From an uncultured cyanobacterium (GTDB taxonomy: Bacteria > Cyanobacteriota > Cyanobacteriia > Cyanobacteriales > CAWCAG01): 64,000 bases of DNA. Shown piece after piece: positions 31,844-41,662 of this stretch; the stretch's first letter is position 1, and each line of letters starts with the position of its first letter. The DNA is taken from assembly GCA_963793425.1 (NCBI GenBank), contig CAWCAG010000005.1, positions 928,001 to 992,000 of the forward strand, read 5' to 3'. A program made the translations under genes and the position numbers. The notes beneath the pieces are model-generated. The model did no database searches. It was not told the origin of the DNA and was given only the letters and a program-made list of their open reading frames with translations.

Positions 31844-32125
31844 CTATTTGATTAAATTATGTTCGCTTAAAATTCTTTCTACCCTAGCTTCCTCTACTTT
31901 TGAACTTAGTCTTTCTCCTTCGTGAATATCTCTTTGAGTCTTGGTTAAGCTAATTGTAGAACCTACAGAAAAAGCTAGCCCCATGCCCATAAAGCCTTTT
32001 GTCCAAGTATCTACAGGCAAATAAATTATTCCTATGGTAGTAGCTGAAAGAGAAAAAATGAAAGATAGCCAGGTTTGGAAAACCCAAGCTGAACTATGAT
32101 CTTGATTTTTTACTGGTTTGCTCAT
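31844..32125 (-). CDS. YiaA/YiaB two-helix inner membrane protein
   Basis: W..QTW.SF...GI..LPVDTWTKGFMGMG...K..RD; start taken at MSKPV. Confidence 0.8.
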   Translation of the reverse strand: MSKPVKNQDHSSAWVFQTWLSFIFSLSATTIGIIYLPVDTWTKGFMGMGLAFSVGSTISLTKTQRDIHEGERLSSKVEEARVERILSEHNLIK

Positions 32126-32232
32126 GACCCTAAAATATTGAAGAATACATCTTGATTTCAAGATTACTTAGGCTCAGATACTAAAAGACAACAGTTATGA
32201 CAATTTCCCTATTGGACTAAAATTATTTGTCT

Positions 32233-33363
32233 CTAGCGGCTTCTTCTGTAAGGAAACCCATAAATAACTTGTGACAAATTATTAATTAGCACAGTCTTTT
32301 GTTCCTCATCTCCTATGGTTTCAGCTAAAGCAACTGCTTGATTATAAAACTTGGTTGCTTCTTGGGAATTACCCAAAGCCAAATATAGCTTTGCAGATAA
32401 ACTCACCGCTTCTATTTCTTGTCGTAAATCCCCTTGTTGCCGGGCTTCAGTGATCCAATCTCCTAGCAACCGGAAAGCTTCTTTGTTGTATCCTAAACCA
32501 ACATAAGTCTTCGCTCTTCCAGCAGCAGAGCGAATATAGTTGTTGTCATCCCGACTATCTTTAGCCAAAACTTGGGCGATGCGATAAAGACTTAAAGCTT
32601 CTCGGTATTCTTTAGCATTAAAATAGGCATCGGCAGCGTTATTAAAAGCAGTTGCTTCTGCTAAGGGATCTTCACCAAAGCTTTGCAAGCTTAAAGCTGC
32701 TTCATAGAGTTTAATAGCTTCATTTTCTTCTCCTCTAGTCGCTGCTAGTAAGCCTAGATTACGTAAACTTATCGCTTCTCCCTCTTGACTATTAATGCTT
32801 TTGGAGATGGTTTGAGCTTCTTGAAAAACTTTCTCTGCGGCGCTGAGGTTACCTCGATAGAGCAATACTATCCCTAGATTGTTGAGGGCATACATTTGTC
32901 CTTGAAAATTAGCGCGATCGCGGGCTAAACCAAGACGGCGACGGAAAGCATCTTCTGCTTCGTTATAGCGCCCTAGAAGCCCGTAGGTGACTCCCAAATA
33001 ACCATAGGTTGAACCCATAGCTTCTTCATCACCAATTTGGCTATAGATATTTAAGGACTGATTCCAATAGTCTAAGGCTTTGTTAAGGTTGCCCTTTCGG
33101 TAAGCTTCTCCTCCTACACGAACTAAGGTATCAGCTTCATCTCTCAATATTCCTTGGGTATCATTATAGGGAGAGACATCTAATTGGTCACGCAGATTAT
33201 CTTGAGCAATAGCTACTTGAGGGAAGATTCCTAGGGAAAACACACTTTGAATTGCTATTGCTGCTATACCCACCCAGGCTAAGGTTGAGAGATTAACTTC
33301 CTTCCTTTGCTGATGAGTTCTCATCTTTGGCTTAACTGCTGACATCCTCTCAATGCTCCCCAT
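32233..33363 (-). CDS. Secreted tetratricopeptide repeat protein
   Basis: Signal-like segment ending AIA-Q; TPR repeats (LNNLG, LRNLG). Confidence 0.82.
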   Translation of the reverse strand: MGSIERMSAVKPKMRTHQQRKEVNLSTLAWVGIAAIAIQSVFSLGIFPQVAIAQDNLRDQLDVSPYNDTQGILRDEADTLVRVGGEAYRKGNLNKALDYWNQSLNIYSQIGDEEAMGSTYGYLGVTYGLLGRYNEAEDAFRRRLGLARDRANFQGQMYALNNLGIVLLYRGNLSAAEKVFQEAQTISKSINSQEGEAISLRNLGLLAATRGEENEAIKLYEAALSLQSFGEDPLAEATAFNNAADAYFNAKEYREALSLYRIAQVLAKDSRDDNNYIRSAAGRAKTYVGLGYNKEAFRLLGDWITEARQQGDLRQEIEAVSLSAKLYLALGNSQEATKFYNQAVALAETIGDEEQKTVLINNLSQVIYGFPYRRSR

Positions 33364-33374
33364 AAATGCTACGA

Positions 33375-34055
33375 TTACAAATCCAACAAAACCGCTAAAG
33401 CTTCTTGCTCATCTTGCTCTGGCTCTTGGTTCTGCTTTTGTTCTAGCTGTGCTAAATAAATAGTCTGGATATCTTCTGGCAAACCATCTTCTAGTAATTG
33501 ATAGCCTTCAATGAGGTAGTCTTGTACTTCTGCTGGGGCAACCATTTCCCCCTCAGCTTGAAGATAAGCAGCGATACGAGTTTCACTCCAGTGGAAAGTT
33601 TGAGCCATCAATACAGTCAAGCGTATGATGGGAGGGAGCAAATCTAAAGATTGTTCCAGATAACACCATAACGGAGGTGGTGTAGTTTTTAAATCATAAT
33701 TAATTGATTCAACTGGGGGCAAATTTGCTTGGTTGATGCAAACTGCTGTCATATTAATCAACCAATTTTGGAAAGAATTGACTTCAGTCTCACCATCACT
33801 CCGTAATTCTAAGCCCCGCATCTCGTGGCAAATATGCCGCCAGGTTAAGGCGAAAAGATAGTCTGCTTGCACTGGCGATCGCGCTGAATGAGAAATTAGG
33901 GTATAGACGATGGGACTATAGCGACAGAAAATAGCTGTAAAATATTTCCCTTGTTCTGAATGGTTTTGAAACAAAGTCAACAACTGCCCGTCGCTATGAT
34001 GAAACAGCGATTTAACTAGGGGATGATTAGATTCAGTAAACCTGGGTATTTGCAC
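33375..34055 (-). CDS. Sigma-70/ECF-like helical protein (cyanobacterial conserved hypothetical)
   Basis: Region-2-like FTAIFCRYSPIVY...FQNWL and region-4-like LDLLPP..R...HWSETRIA. Confidence 0.6.
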   Translation of the reverse strand: MQIPRFTESNHPLVKSLFHHSDGQLLTLFQNHSEQGKYFTAIFCRYSPIVYTLISHSARSPVQADYLFALTWRHICHEMRGLELRSDGETEVNSFQNWLINMTAVCINQANLPPVESINYDLKTTPPPLWCYLEQSLDLLPPIIRLTVLMAQTFHWSETRIAAYLQAEGEMVAPAEVQDYLIEGYQLLEDGLPEDIQTIYLAQLEQKQNQEPEQDEQEALAVLLDL

Positions 34056-34296
34056 AGTTCTTAGAAGTTAATTTGCAAGGATTGCTGGGATTATACTTTG
34101 TATCTATATTAATCTGCCTATTTTACCTGCTAGTTCGGAAATATTCGAGTTTTTTTTGATAGATATATCGATAAGCTGATGTTGAGTGCTTAAATACTTT
34201 TGCTTTCGTTCTTAACTATTAGTTCAGTTATTTTCCGAAAATGCTAGTATAGCTATGTATGAGCATTTTCACTTCATTTAAAGTTGTCTTGAATCT

Positions 34297-34851
34297 ATGT
34301 ACTTGGGAGCCTTCTTACCTTCTCTTCCTTTAGATAGCCTTTTTTCGACCCAAGGCATCATGGTGATGCTTTTGGCTGCCTATGCTGGGGCTATGTGGCT
34401 TTTTCTAACTAGCGCTCCTAAAGTACACACTGTTATGGTATCTGATTTGGAAGTAGCGCGGCAATTTTATGAAGGTCTTTTAGATATGCCTGTGGCTGAT
34501 GTACCGCTACATTACTACTATAACTATGAGCAAACTTTAGGAACTTCTGGCATCGACCCTTTATATATGTCAACCAATGTTGGCTCTTCGGAAAGTACAA
34601 GTTTTAGCAGTGCTGAAGGGCTTTGGTATCAATTAAAAAAGAATACTCAGTTGCACGTTATCTCTGGCGCTAGTTACGGTCGCAAAAACTGCCATCGCCA
34701 TGTTTGCTTCGACCATGATTGTTTAGAACAAGTTCTCATGCGGGTACAGTCTAGGCGCTTGAAGTATAAGGTACTCCGCATGAGGCCGTTGAATTTTCTG
34801 GTTAAGGATATTGAAGAAAGAATAATTGAAATGGAAGAGGTTTCTAATTAA
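34297..34851 (+). CDS. Membrane-anchored VOC/glyoxalase-like protein
   Basis: N-terminal TM; HTVMVSDLEVARQFYEGLL...QLHVI...HVCF. Confidence 0.75.
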   Translation: MYLGAFLPSLPLDSLFSTQGIMVMLLAAYAGAMWLFLTSAPKVHTVMVSDLEVARQFYEGLLDMPVADVPLHYYYNYEQTLGTSGIDPLYMSTNVGSSESTSFSSAEGLWYQLKKNTQLHVISGASYGRKNCHRHVCFDHDCLEQVLMRVQSRRLKYKVLRMRPLNFLVKDIEERIIEMEEVSN

Positions 34852-34857
34852 TTGCCT

Positions 34858-34919
34858 GTAGGGGCGGGTTTCAACTTAAATTACAATACTCAACCTTGGA
34901 GGTACATAAACCCGCCCTA
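34858..34919. repeat. REP-like palindromic element
   Basis: GTAGGGGCGGGTTT ... AAACCCGCCCT inverted pair between convergent genes. Confidence 0.7.
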
Positions 34920-34952
34920 ATTCTTATCTTCAATTACGAAATTCGTAATCAG

Positions 34953-35762
34953 TTATCCAAATCTTCCACTCACATATTCCTGAGTAGATTGTTGTGCCGG
35001 GGATTGGAAAATGATTTCTGTGCGATCATATTCTACTAAATAGCCAACTTTATTACCTGTTTCTGTGGCTTCTGCATTATAAAAAGCGGTGAGGTCAGAT
35101 ACCCGTGAAGCTTGTTGCATATTGTGGGTAACAATCACAATAGTATATTGCTGCTTCAACTCATGAAGTAATTCTTCTACTTTTAAGGTTGAAATCGGAT
35201 CAAGGGCTGAACAGGGTTCGTCCATTAAAATTACTTCTGGCGCGATGGCGATCGCACGAGCAATACAAAGGCGCTGTTGTTGACCTCCAGACAGGGCCAA
35301 ACCACTTTCTCTTAGTTTATCTTTTACTTCTTCCCAAAGGGCCGCTCCCCTTAAAGATTGTTCGACTAATTCATCCATATCCCCCCTATAACCATTAATT
35401 CTGGCTCCAAAAGCAATATTTTCATAAATGGATTTAGGGAAAGGGTTTGGTTTTTGGAACACCATACCAATGTTACTGCGAAGTTCTACTGGGTCAACTT
35501 TCTTGTGATAAATATCCCTGCCTTTATAAGTGATTTGCCCCTTCATATTGGCGCTAGGGATTAAATCGTTCATGCGGTTAAAGCAACGCAAAATTGTACT
35601 TTTGCCGCAACCGGAAGGTCCGATAAAGGCAACAATTTTATGTTCAGGAATATCTAAAGAGACTTCCCGTACAGCTAGGTTGGAACCATAAAAAACGTTG
35701 ACATTCTTAGCCCGCAAGATTGCTTCGGTGATAGTTTCAGAAAGAGAAGATTCGGATAACAT
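34953..35762 (-). CDS. pstB: Phosphate ABC transporter ATPase
   Basis: [35 protein letters not shown]. Confidence 0.96.
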   Translation of the reverse strand: MLSESSLSETITEAILRAKNVNVFYGSNLAVREVSLDIPEHKIVAFIGPSGCGKSTILRCFNRMNDLIPSANMKGQITYKGRDIYHKKVDPVELRSNIGMVFQKPNPFPKSIYENIAFGARINGYRGDMDELVEQSLRGAALWEEVKDKLRESGLALSGGQQQRLCIARAIAIAPEVILMDEPCSALDPISTLKVEELLHELKQQYTIVIVTHNMQQASRVSDLTAFYNAEATETGNKVGYLVEYDRTEIIFQSPAQQSTQEYVSGRFG

Positions 35763-35804
35763 AAGAGAATGGTTGAGAAATAAATTTGTAGTAATTAGAA
35801 GAAT

Positions 35805-36722
35805 TTAGCGACCCTGGTTTTGAAACTTATTGCGAAGAATAATTGCTGTGGCATTCATAGTTACCAAAACAATCATCAACACAATAATTGCTGCTGCTGC
35901 TTTGTCATGAAATAAGTCTTTAGGATCATCAATCCACCTATAAATAAGTACTGGTAAGGCCGTAAAACGACTTTGGAGATTATCTGGTGTAAAGGCGATA
36001 TAACCCGCAGCCCCAATCACGATTAAAGGTGCAGCTTCGCCGATGGCGCGGGAAAGGGCGAGAATAGTTCCGGTGAGAATACCAGGTAAAGCGACAGGAA
36101 AGACGTGGGATCTAATTGTTTGCCAAAGAGTTGCCCCTAATGCTAGCCCAGCTAAACGAGTGCTATCAGGAACTGATCTTAAGGCTTCGCGAGTAGAAAC
36201 AATAATAATTGGTAAAATCAGCAAGGACATAGTTAAAGCCCCTGAGATAATTGAATTGCCTCCTGTCAAAGGTCTTAGGAGGTTAACAAATATGCCTAGT
36301 CCTAGTAGTCCATAAATTATCGCTGGAACCCCGGCGAGGTTAGAAATGTTAATTTCCACTACCTTAGCTAAAAAGCTATCCGCAGCAAACTCTTCTAAAT
36401 AGATACCTGTTCCCACGCCAAGGGGAAAAGAAATTAAAGCCGTTAGCCCTAAAAGCCAAATACTACCAACTAAAGCTTGAAAAATACCCGCCCTGGTTGG
36501 TCTAGGGGAGATATCACTAACGATGAAAGACCAATTTACTTGGGCAACACCATCAATGAGAACATCTGCTAGTAATACTACCAAGATTAGCAAAGCTACA
36601 AAAGTAGCTGTCCAAGTTAAAGCAGCAAATAGTTTGTCGAGTTGGTAGCGTTTTTGCCTTTTGCTATCAAATAGATTTGCTGATTCTCTAGAGGATAGGG
36701 GTTGAGAATTTTGTGCAGTCAT
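35805..36722 (-). CDS. pstA: Phosphate ABC transporter permease
   Basis: GIYLEE, NLAGVPAIIYG, SRAIGEAAP. Confidence 0.94.
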   Translation of the reverse strand: MTAQNSQPLSSRESANLFDSKRQKRYQLDKLFAALTWTATFVALLILVVLLADVLIDGVAQVNWSFIVSDISPRPTRAGIFQALVGSIWLLGLTALISFPLGVGTGIYLEEFAADSFLAKVVEINISNLAGVPAIIYGLLGLGIFVNLLRPLTGGNSIISGALTMSLLILPIIIVSTREALRSVPDSTRLAGLALGATLWQTIRSHVFPVALPGILTGTILALSRAIGEAAPLIVIGAAGYIAFTPDNLQSRFTALPVLIYRWIDDPKDLFHDKAAAAIIVLMIVLVTMNATAIILRNKFQNQGR

Positions 36723-36773
36723 GGATTTTTATGACATCTGAATAAAGTTGTAACAGAGATACTTTTAACTTGT

Positions 36774-37706
36774 TTAGTCATATTTCTCGCGGAAGCGACG
36801 TACAAACCAGAAGCTAAACACATTTAGAGCTAAAGTCATTAAAAATAGAGTCATCCCCACAGCGAAGAGGGTTTTAAATTTGAGGGAACCGGCGGGGGCT
36901 TCTCCGGTCGTTACTGCCACAATGAAGGCTGTCATGGTTTGCACTTGGGTGAGGGGATTGAAACCAATGCTAGGCTGTTGTCCGGCTGCTAAGGTGACGA
37001 TCATGGTTTCCCCTACAGCCCTGGAGATAGCTAAAATTGCCGAAGCTACAATACCCGATAATGCTGCGGGTAAAACAACACTAGTGATGGTTTCTCGTTT
37101 AGTAGCCCCCAAAGCATAGGAACCCTGTCGCAAACTTGTAGGGACTGAGTAAATAGCATCTTCGCTTAAAGAAGCTACCAAAGGAGTGATGGCAACACCT
37201 AAAACTAGCCCTGCACTTAAGGCGTTGAAAATTTCTAGCCCCGGTACAAAGCTTCTCAGGAATGGAGTTACAAACAAAAGGGCAAAATAACCAAAGACGA
37301 CGCTAGGGACACCGGCTAGGAGTTCTAGGGCTGGTTTTAACCACTTTCTTACTTGAGGGCTGGCATATTCACTTAAACAAATTGCTGCTAATAAACCCAA
37401 AGGTAAAGCAACCATAATGGCAATGGTGGAAGTAAGGACAGTACCGCTAATCAGGGCAAAGATACCAAAGCTATCATCAGGTCGCCATTCTGAGTCGGTA
37501 AGAAAGTTCCAAAGGGAAACTTCTTTGAAAAATTCAATAGTTTCAAAAATCAGGGTAAAAACAATACCCACTGTGGTGAGTATTGACACTAAAGCAAAGC
37601 TAGCAAAAAGTATTTTAACCGCTAGTTCTACTTGTTGGCTCTTTTTGCGGTTTGGTTGCCAGAGATTTTCTTGATTATTGCGAGAATCTGTTAAATCGCT
37701 TGTCAT
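36774..37706 (-). CDS. pstC: Phosphate ABC transporter permease
   Basis: ELLAGVPSVVFG, SRAVGETMIV. Confidence 0.94.
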   Translation of the reverse strand: MTSDLTDSRNNQENLWQPNRKKSQQVELAVKILFASFALVSILTTVGIVFTLIFETIEFFKEVSLWNFLTDSEWRPDDSFGIFALISGTVLTSTIAIMVALPLGLLAAICLSEYASPQVRKWLKPALELLAGVPSVVFGYFALLFVTPFLRSFVPGLEIFNALSAGLVLGVAITPLVASLSEDAIYSVPTSLRQGSYALGATKRETITSVVLPAALSGIVASAILAISRAVGETMIVTLAAGQQPSIGFNPLTQVQTMTAFIVAVTTGEAPAGSLKFKTLFAVGMTLFLMTLALNVFSFWFVRRFREKYD

Positions 37707-37777
37707 TGGTTATGGGTCAAATTGATTATTGATGCGAAAATACACCCTTAAATATTTCTTTTAATGCTGTCATAAGC

Positions 37778-37822
37778 AAGAAACTGTAGAGACTACTTAT
37801 GAGTTTATCCCTACAGTTTCTT
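37778..37822 (-). terminator. Hairpin between pstS and pstC (mRNA stabiliser or partial terminator)
   Basis: 12-bp inverted repeat AAGAAACTGTAG / CTACAGTTTCTT. Confidence 0.6.
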
Positions 37823-37873
37823 TACATACTAGCCCTAAATAAATTGTTAATATCCCAAAGCTATCAGATAAAT

Positions 37874-38917
37874 TTATAGCTTATCAATCAGCTTTTGCCC
37901 TAAAGAAGAACCTCCTTCAAACATAGCCCCAGTAGTGGCAGAGTCTAGACGAGCCTTAGCTTTTTCAAGAATATCATCAGGTAAAGCTACATAGCCAACT
38001 TCTTCTACTAAGGTTGGGTTGGCAAGATGATATTCAGCGAAAGCTTTGACTTCTGGCTTGCTTTCTAAAGATTCTTTTTTGAGGTAGATGAATAAAGGAC
38101 GGGCTAAGGGATTATAAGTACCATCAGCAATGGCTTCTGCACTAGGGGCAACACACTCACCCTCAGCATTTTCAATTTCTACGGCTTTGAGGCTATCTTG
38201 ATTTTCCTCAAAGTAAGCATAACCGAAGTAACCTAAAGCACCTTTTCCGGCGGAAACACCTTGAACAATGACGTTATCTTTTTCGCCAACATTGCTGTAG
38301 TCTTTGCGACTTCCTTCTTCATCAGTAACAGCTTCGTTGAAGTAGTCGAAAGTACCAGAGTCTTCCCCAGGGCCATATAACTTAAGCTCTTCGTCTGGAA
38401 ATTCACCGTTAACTTGGTTCCAGTTTGTGACTGTATCTTCAGCAGGCGTAGCCCACATTTTATTTAATTCTTCAGTAGTTAAGCACTCTGCCCAATCGTT
38501 TTCTGGGTTAACAACTACGGTAAGACCATCAAAAGCAACGGGAATTTCGACAAATTCAACTCCGTTTTCTTCGCAGGCGGCGATTTCCTCTTCTTTAATG
38601 GGGCGGGAAGCATTGGAGATATCTGTATCACCACTACAGAATTTCTCAAAACCTCCTCCAGTACCAGATGAAGCAACGACGACATTTACATCAGCGTTAT
38701 CTCCTTGGAAATCTTCAGCCATAATTTCAGAGATAGGTAATACGGTGCTAGAACCATCAGCCGCGATTTCTCCGCTTAATCCGGCTTCACCACCAGCAGT
38801 TTCACCACCATCTTCTGTCGATGCTTCATCTCCACCAGTACAGGCAGTCATTGTGAGGGCAAGAATCCCTACAAAAAAGAGTATGGATTGACGTTTCATT
38901 TGTATTCTAATAGTCAT
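37874..38917 (-). CDS. pstS: Phosphate-binding lipoprotein
   Basis: Lipobox MTAC, DGSSTV, SGTGGG, ASR, DSGTFDYF. Confidence 0.94.
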   Translation of the reverse strand: MTIRIQMKRQSILFFVGILALTMTACTGGDEASTEDGGETAGGEAGLSGEIAADGSSTVLPISEIMAEDFQGDNADVNVVVASSGTGGGFEKFCSGDTDISNASRPIKEEEIAACEENGVEFVEIPVAFDGLTVVVNPENDWAECLTTEELNKMWATPAEDTVTNWNQVNGEFPDEELKLYGPGEDSGTFDYFNEAVTDEEGSRKDYSNVGEKDNVIVQGVSAGKGALGYFGYAYFEENQDSLKAVEIENAEGECVAPSAEAIADGTYNPLARPLFIYLKKESLESKPEVKAFAEYHLANPTLVEEVGYVALPDDILEKAKARLDSATTGAMFEGGSSLGQKLIDKL

Positions 38918-39039
38918 AAAAAAGTGTCTCTTTAGTCAGTCATCAAGGTCATTTGAGATGGAGCGAACATTCTGTTTTGCACACCTGCAACAATAGTGAG
39001 TAAGCACACTATTAGTATTTCAAATTTCACCTACCTGTC

Positions 39040-39058
39040 AAGTTAAATTTTGGTTAAG
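39040..39058 (-). promoter_or_regulatory. Proximal Pho box (two repeats)
   Basis: Minus strand CTTAACCA-aaa-TTTAACTT fits the cyanobacterial PyTTAAPyPy(T/A) repeat with a 3-nt spacer. Confidence 0.65.
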
Positions 39059-39284
39059 AAAGCACTGAAAAAACTATTAATAATTAAAACCTATGGTTTG
39101 TTCTAAAAACTCCCATTTGATTTGTGTAAACAACCTATTTGTGAAGGGATTTTTGAACTATTCAAATTGAGTTTAGTGCCAGAAAAGTTTTACTGTCTTT
39201 ATTTATCTTTATAGGTACAATGCAAGTGATACAAAGTTCCTCGAACTGACCTTGCTTTAATTGTATTGTTAGTAATTCAGACTC

Positions 39285-39325
39285 AGGTTATGTTGGGGTA
39301 AATTAAAGGTTAAATATTGGTTAAT
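39285..39325 (-). promoter_or_regulatory. Distal Pho box (four repeats, 11-bp period)
   Basis: Minus strand ATTAACCA-ata-TTTAACCT-tta-ATTTACCC-caa-CATAACCT; TACAAT about 19 nt downstream. Confidence 0.72.
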
Positions 39326-39354
39326 CGACAAATTAGTCACTGTATTCGGGAAAA

Positions 39355-40713
39355 TTAAGCTGTTTGGCTGGTGACAGGAAGTAAAATTTCAAACTCTGTA
39401 CCAACGTTGATCTGGGATCGCATATTTAATTTTCCTCCATGGGTTTCGGTTACAATTTGATTGCTGATGGCGAGTCCTAGTCCTGTACCCCTACCGACAG
39501 GTTTAGTAGTAAAGAAAGTTTCAAAAATGCTCTCTTGAATTTCTAGAGGGATACCTGCACCATTATCAGTGATGGTAATTGCTATCCATCGAGAATCTTT
39601 ATCTAATTCTAGGTTGGTGGTGATAATAGTGATTTGAGGTTGCCAGTCTTCATCTTTTGAATTACGATTTTCTTTCACTTCTAATAATGTGTCGATACCA
39701 TTAGCAATGATATTCATAAAGACCTGTCCTAACTTAGCAGAATAACCAACTATTTGTGGTAGTTCACCGTAATTTTTAGTAACAGTAATATCGTACTTAA
39801 GGCTATGATTTAAAATCAACAAAGTACTTTCTAAGCATTCGTGAATATCTACTAATTGTTTTTTCTTATCTTCAAGACGAGAAAAGTTACGTAAGCTGGT
39901 GACAATTTCTGTTAATTTCTTGGCTCCAACTTGCATACTCATCAGCATTTTGGGCAAATCTTCGAGAATAAAATCCAACTCTATATCTTCTTCTAATTCT
40001 TTAATATTAGTGGTCTTCTCTGGAAAAGTTTGTTGATATTCCCCTAGCAAGTTGAGTATATCTTGGCAATAAGTAGATAAATATTCTAAATTACCGTTAA
40101 CACTATTAACCGGATTTTTGATTTCGTGGGCTACCCCTGCAACCATACGCCCTAAGCTAGCCATCTTTTCTGTTTGTACTAAATGGGCTTGGGTTTTTTC
40201 TTCTAATAGTTGTGTTGTCAATTTATGAATTTTAGACTGAGCTACTAACAATTGATGTATATCAAGTAAGCGATAAACCTTGCTTTCTAGTTCTACAATA
40301 ATTGGTTCAGATAGTAATTTTCCGGGGCGCTGAAGAGACTTTTCTGCTGCTTCTACGATTAAAGTATCAGCACTGAGAATAATCATTTCAGTATTAATGA
40401 AATCATACAAAGATTTCAAAGGTCGCTTGAGAAATAATTCTAATCCATAGGGTCTACTCATACGCTCTAAAAAGCGTCGCCGAGAAATCATTCCCACCAA
40501 TTTACTATTCTCAGTTAGAATGACTCCTGGTATTAAGGGGGAACTCTCAAATTTATTAGTAACTTCTTTACTTATATGAGATATTTCAACTTGAAAATCA
40601 TAAAGAGATAACTCAATTAGGGTAGAATTTAACTCAAGAACTGGTACTCCAGAGTTAGAAAAAGCTGGCAAATTCAACTTTTGCTCCTCAACCTGTATCA
40701 TCATAGTGTTCAT
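39355..40713 (-). CDS. Sensor histidine kinase (NtrB-like core, CBS-like N-terminus)
   Basis: VAHEIKNP, NIIANG.D, DNGAGI, FFTTK, GTGLGL; N-terminal LVGMISRRRF. Confidence 0.88.
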   Translation of the reverse strand: MNTMMIQVEEQKLNLPAFSNSGVPVLELNSTLIELSLYDFQVEISHISKEVTNKFESSPLIPGVILTENSKLVGMISRRRFLERMSRPYGLELFLKRPLKSLYDFINTEMIILSADTLIVEAAEKSLQRPGKLLSEPIIVELESKVYRLLDIHQLLVAQSKIHKLTTQLLEEKTQAHLVQTEKMASLGRMVAGVAHEIKNPVNSVNGNLEYLSTYCQDILNLLGEYQQTFPEKTTNIKELEEDIELDFILEDLPKMLMSMQVGAKKLTEIVTSLRNFSRLEDKKKQLVDIHECLESTLLILNHSLKYDITVTKNYGELPQIVGYSAKLGQVFMNIIANGIDTLLEVKENRNSKDEDWQPQITIITTNLELDKDSRWIAITITDNGAGIPLEIQESIFETFFTTKPVGRGTGLGLAISNQIVTETHGGKLNMRSQINVGTEFEILLPVTSQTA

Positions 40714-40920
40714 TATAAATTTTACGCTTTAAAATAGAAGTATTGGCCATATTTTAGCCTTATTTCTACTTAAATAGCAGGAGAATTTTGAGTAGAGAAA
40801 AACTTTCTATGTAGTTAATTAAAAGCCAATTCTTTCTTAATCAGATATTAATATTTTAGACAAGTTTTTAGCTGTTAATAAGCTGTTAATCACTTAGATT
40901 GGTTTATGAGGCAGGGGTTC

Positions 40921-40996
40921 GCGTAGCGTTGCCGTTAGGCTACAGGGAACAGGGAACAGGGTTGGCGTAAGCCTTACCGTTAGGCTACGGGGAACA
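40921..40996. repeat. Two copies of a small dispersed repeat within a CAGGGAA heptamer tract
   Basis: GCGTAGCGTTGCCGTTAGGCTAC and GTTGGCGTAAGCCTTACCGTTAGGCTAC, separated and followed by (CAGGGAA)n. Confidence 0.7.
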
Positions 40997-41053
40997 GAAA
41001 AAGAATAGGGAAGATTATATTGTGTAGAAACACTAGTAAATCTGTTCGTCACT

Positions 41054-41095
41054 ATGACAAAATGTCGTATAATTTCACTATGACGTGATGTCATA
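41054..41095 (+). promoter_or_regulatory. petE promoter: two GAC-N5-GTC palindromes flanking TATAAT (probable PetR operators)
   Basis: ATGACAAAATGTCGT (41054-68), TATAAT (41068-73), TATGACGTGATGTCATA (41079-95). Confidence 0.7.
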
Positions 41096-41147
41096 TAGCT
41101 TTACGTTAGTGACAAAATTCTACAAAAAAAAATTCAAGAGGTTAATC

Positions 41148-41552
41148 ATGAAAATGGCCAAACGATTGGTTGTCATAGTATCCGCATTTTTACTAGTCGC
41201 TGCCAGCTTCGTTTTTTCAGCTAACCCAGCTTTCGCAGAAACCTATACAGTGAAAATGGGTGCTGACAGTGGGAACCCCCTTCAGTTTGTTCCTAGCACA
41301 GTTACGGTTAAACCAGGAGACACTGTTAAGTTTGTCATGAATAAGCTTGCTCCTCACAACGCTGTTTTTGATGCTAGCGGCGTACCTGGCGATAGCGGTT
41401 TAGCTAGCAAGCTTTCTCACAAGGAACTATTATTTGGTCCTGGACAATCCTACTCAACTACTATTCCTTCTGATGCAGCTTCTGGAGAATACGCTTACTA
41501 TTGCGAACCCCATCGTGGTGCAGGTATGGCAGGCAAAATTATTGTTAAATAG
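41148..41552 (+). CDS. petE: Plastocyanin precursor
   Basis: Signal peptide ending AFA, VKMGAD, PHN, Cu ligands [11 protein letters not shown]. Start reassigned to ATG 41148 after GAGG. Confidence 0.96.
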   Translation: MKMAKRLVVIVSAFLLVAASFVFSANPAFAETYTVKMGADSGNPLQFVPSTVTVKPGDTVKFVMNKLAPHNAVFDASGVPGDSGLASKLSHKELLFGPGQSYSTTIPSDAASGEYAYYCEPHRGAGMAGKIIVK

Positions 41553-41581
41553 TTTTTGGTGAAAATTAAATAGTTTCCTAA

Positions 41582-41622
41582 AAGCGGCAGAAACTTTTTG
41601 AGATTTTGCCGCTTGTCTTTTT
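41582..41622 (+). terminator. Rho-independent terminator after petE
   Basis: AAGCGGCAGAA...TTTTGCCGCTT followed by T-rich sequence. Confidence 0.7.
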
Positions 41623-41662
41623 ATCTTTTTTTTATTATAAAGTTTTGATAACTTACTAAGAG

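Noticed and set aside
40894..41147. 66-aa minus ORF and the 21-aa N-terminal extension of petE
   Set aside because: They run through repeats and the petE promoter; the RBS supports ATG 41148
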